64,000 nt of DNA from Podarcis tiliguerta. Taxonomy: Eukaryota. The position numbers were made by a program, and so were the translations under genes. The stretch lies in assembly GCA_965153285.1 (NCBI GenBank), contig OZ229112.1. One strand, 5' to 3'. Below, in pieces: positions 62,991 to 64,000 of the stretch (positions are counted from its first letter, which is position 1; each line of letters starts with the position of its first letter). The notes below the pieces were generated by a model, which saw only the letters and a program-made list of their open reading frames with translations, made no database searches and had not been told where the DNA came from.

Positions 62991-63443
62991 TCAAACTGAA
63001 CGGCTCTCTATAAATGTGGAGTAATAGCACAGAGCTACATTTAATGTTCTTTAACTACAAAAACAGCAGTCAGTATTTTTCACTACTTAAACAGAGAAAG
63101 GGTTCTGCAATTTACGTTCCAAAGGCTACTGAGTGTATTTAGATCACAGTGTGCATTGGATTGAAAAAAATTAAAAACATAAAGCTTCACAAAGCCCTTT
63201 ATGGAAACAAAATAAAATACATGTCTTCATATCTTCCTCAGGAATAAACTAGACAAAAGGGCAACAGAATGCATTTTTTAAAAGACGATATATTTGGCAA
63301 GTGTTTATATATAATTTTGAAACATACAAACAAAAATAGAAACATTACGAATCAATAAAGCATCCTTAGTCTTATAATGTAATCACTATGATGCACAAGT
63401 TTTGATATCACATAATTCCAATCTAAAGAGAAACAAAACCAAC

Positions 63444-63604
63444 CTCTCATGAACTTTCCCTTTTTCATCTCCTAGGGTTACAGTAACAGTACGGACTCTA
63501 TCCAAATCAAAGCTTGTGTCATACTGATGGAAGTCAGATGTAATCCAGCCCACCCAGACATTAGCAGGTTCTTGTCCAGGAAAGATACGCACAGAATAAT
63601 AATA
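63444..63604 (-). CDS. RYR2: RYR2 exon ~33 (161 nt)
   Basis: [20 protein letters not shown]...GKVHE; CAG acceptor, GT donor. Confidence 0.95.
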
Positions 63605-64000
63605 CTGTCAAGAAATTTTAAAAGACCGTTTTGAGTGAAAACTTCCTTCTTGCATAAAAATCCATAGCTGATTCATAATTAGGAATTAAACAAAACCTAT
63701 CTTGTGTTTTCAATTTCATTTTGTCCCCAAACAGCCCCTTCTTTGACCTACTGGTCAGTACAAATTTTTAAACATTCATCTTTGTAAACTGGTTGAATGG
63801 CATGGTCCTGCAATGTTTTTTGTAATATAAATTAATTCCATGTCCTGCACGGGATATTACTAGTAGCACTGGCCAATGTGCTTCAACTGCGAAAATACAC
63901 CATTAAATAACTTCAATGTAGTTGCTATGTGACAGCAGATTGACTTTAAATATCCATATTGTGTTATTTATAGACACCATTGACAAATATGGTGATGAAA

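Noticed and set aside
62404-63443. Searched intron 33 for a homologue of the 30-nt alternative insertion I recall from human RyR2 near residue ~1479
   Set aside because: No segment with a convincing peptide match and splice sites.

Overview
Vertebrate genomic DNA, almost certainly a squamate and probably a lacertid lizard (Sauria SINEs, BovB, lacertid-type L2/CR1). The whole window is the interior of the cardiac ryanodine receptor gene RYR2 on the minus strand. I traced 47 consecutive coding exons (63604 down to 48; 6804 nt, reading frame continuous). They correspond to human exons ~33-79 (numbering and human lengths recalled from memory, approx. aa 1426-3697), covering SPRY3 to the CaM-binding region and start of the central domain. 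All introns are GT-AG except one: the 36-nt cassette exon 75 (5329-5364), whose only in-frame donor is GG (AGG|GGAAGT). Other notable points are: an exon 59 acceptor shifted 3 nt (extra Val); Tyr instead of Ser at the PKA site equivalent to human S2031; a 24-bp perfect hairpin upstream of exon 37; and a miniature DIRS1-like tyrosine-recombinase retroelement with ITR/ICR architecture next to exon 72, carrying nested SINE and BovB insertions. Introns otherwise hold SINEs, LINE fragments, hAT and Tc1/mariner MITEs, and microsatellites.
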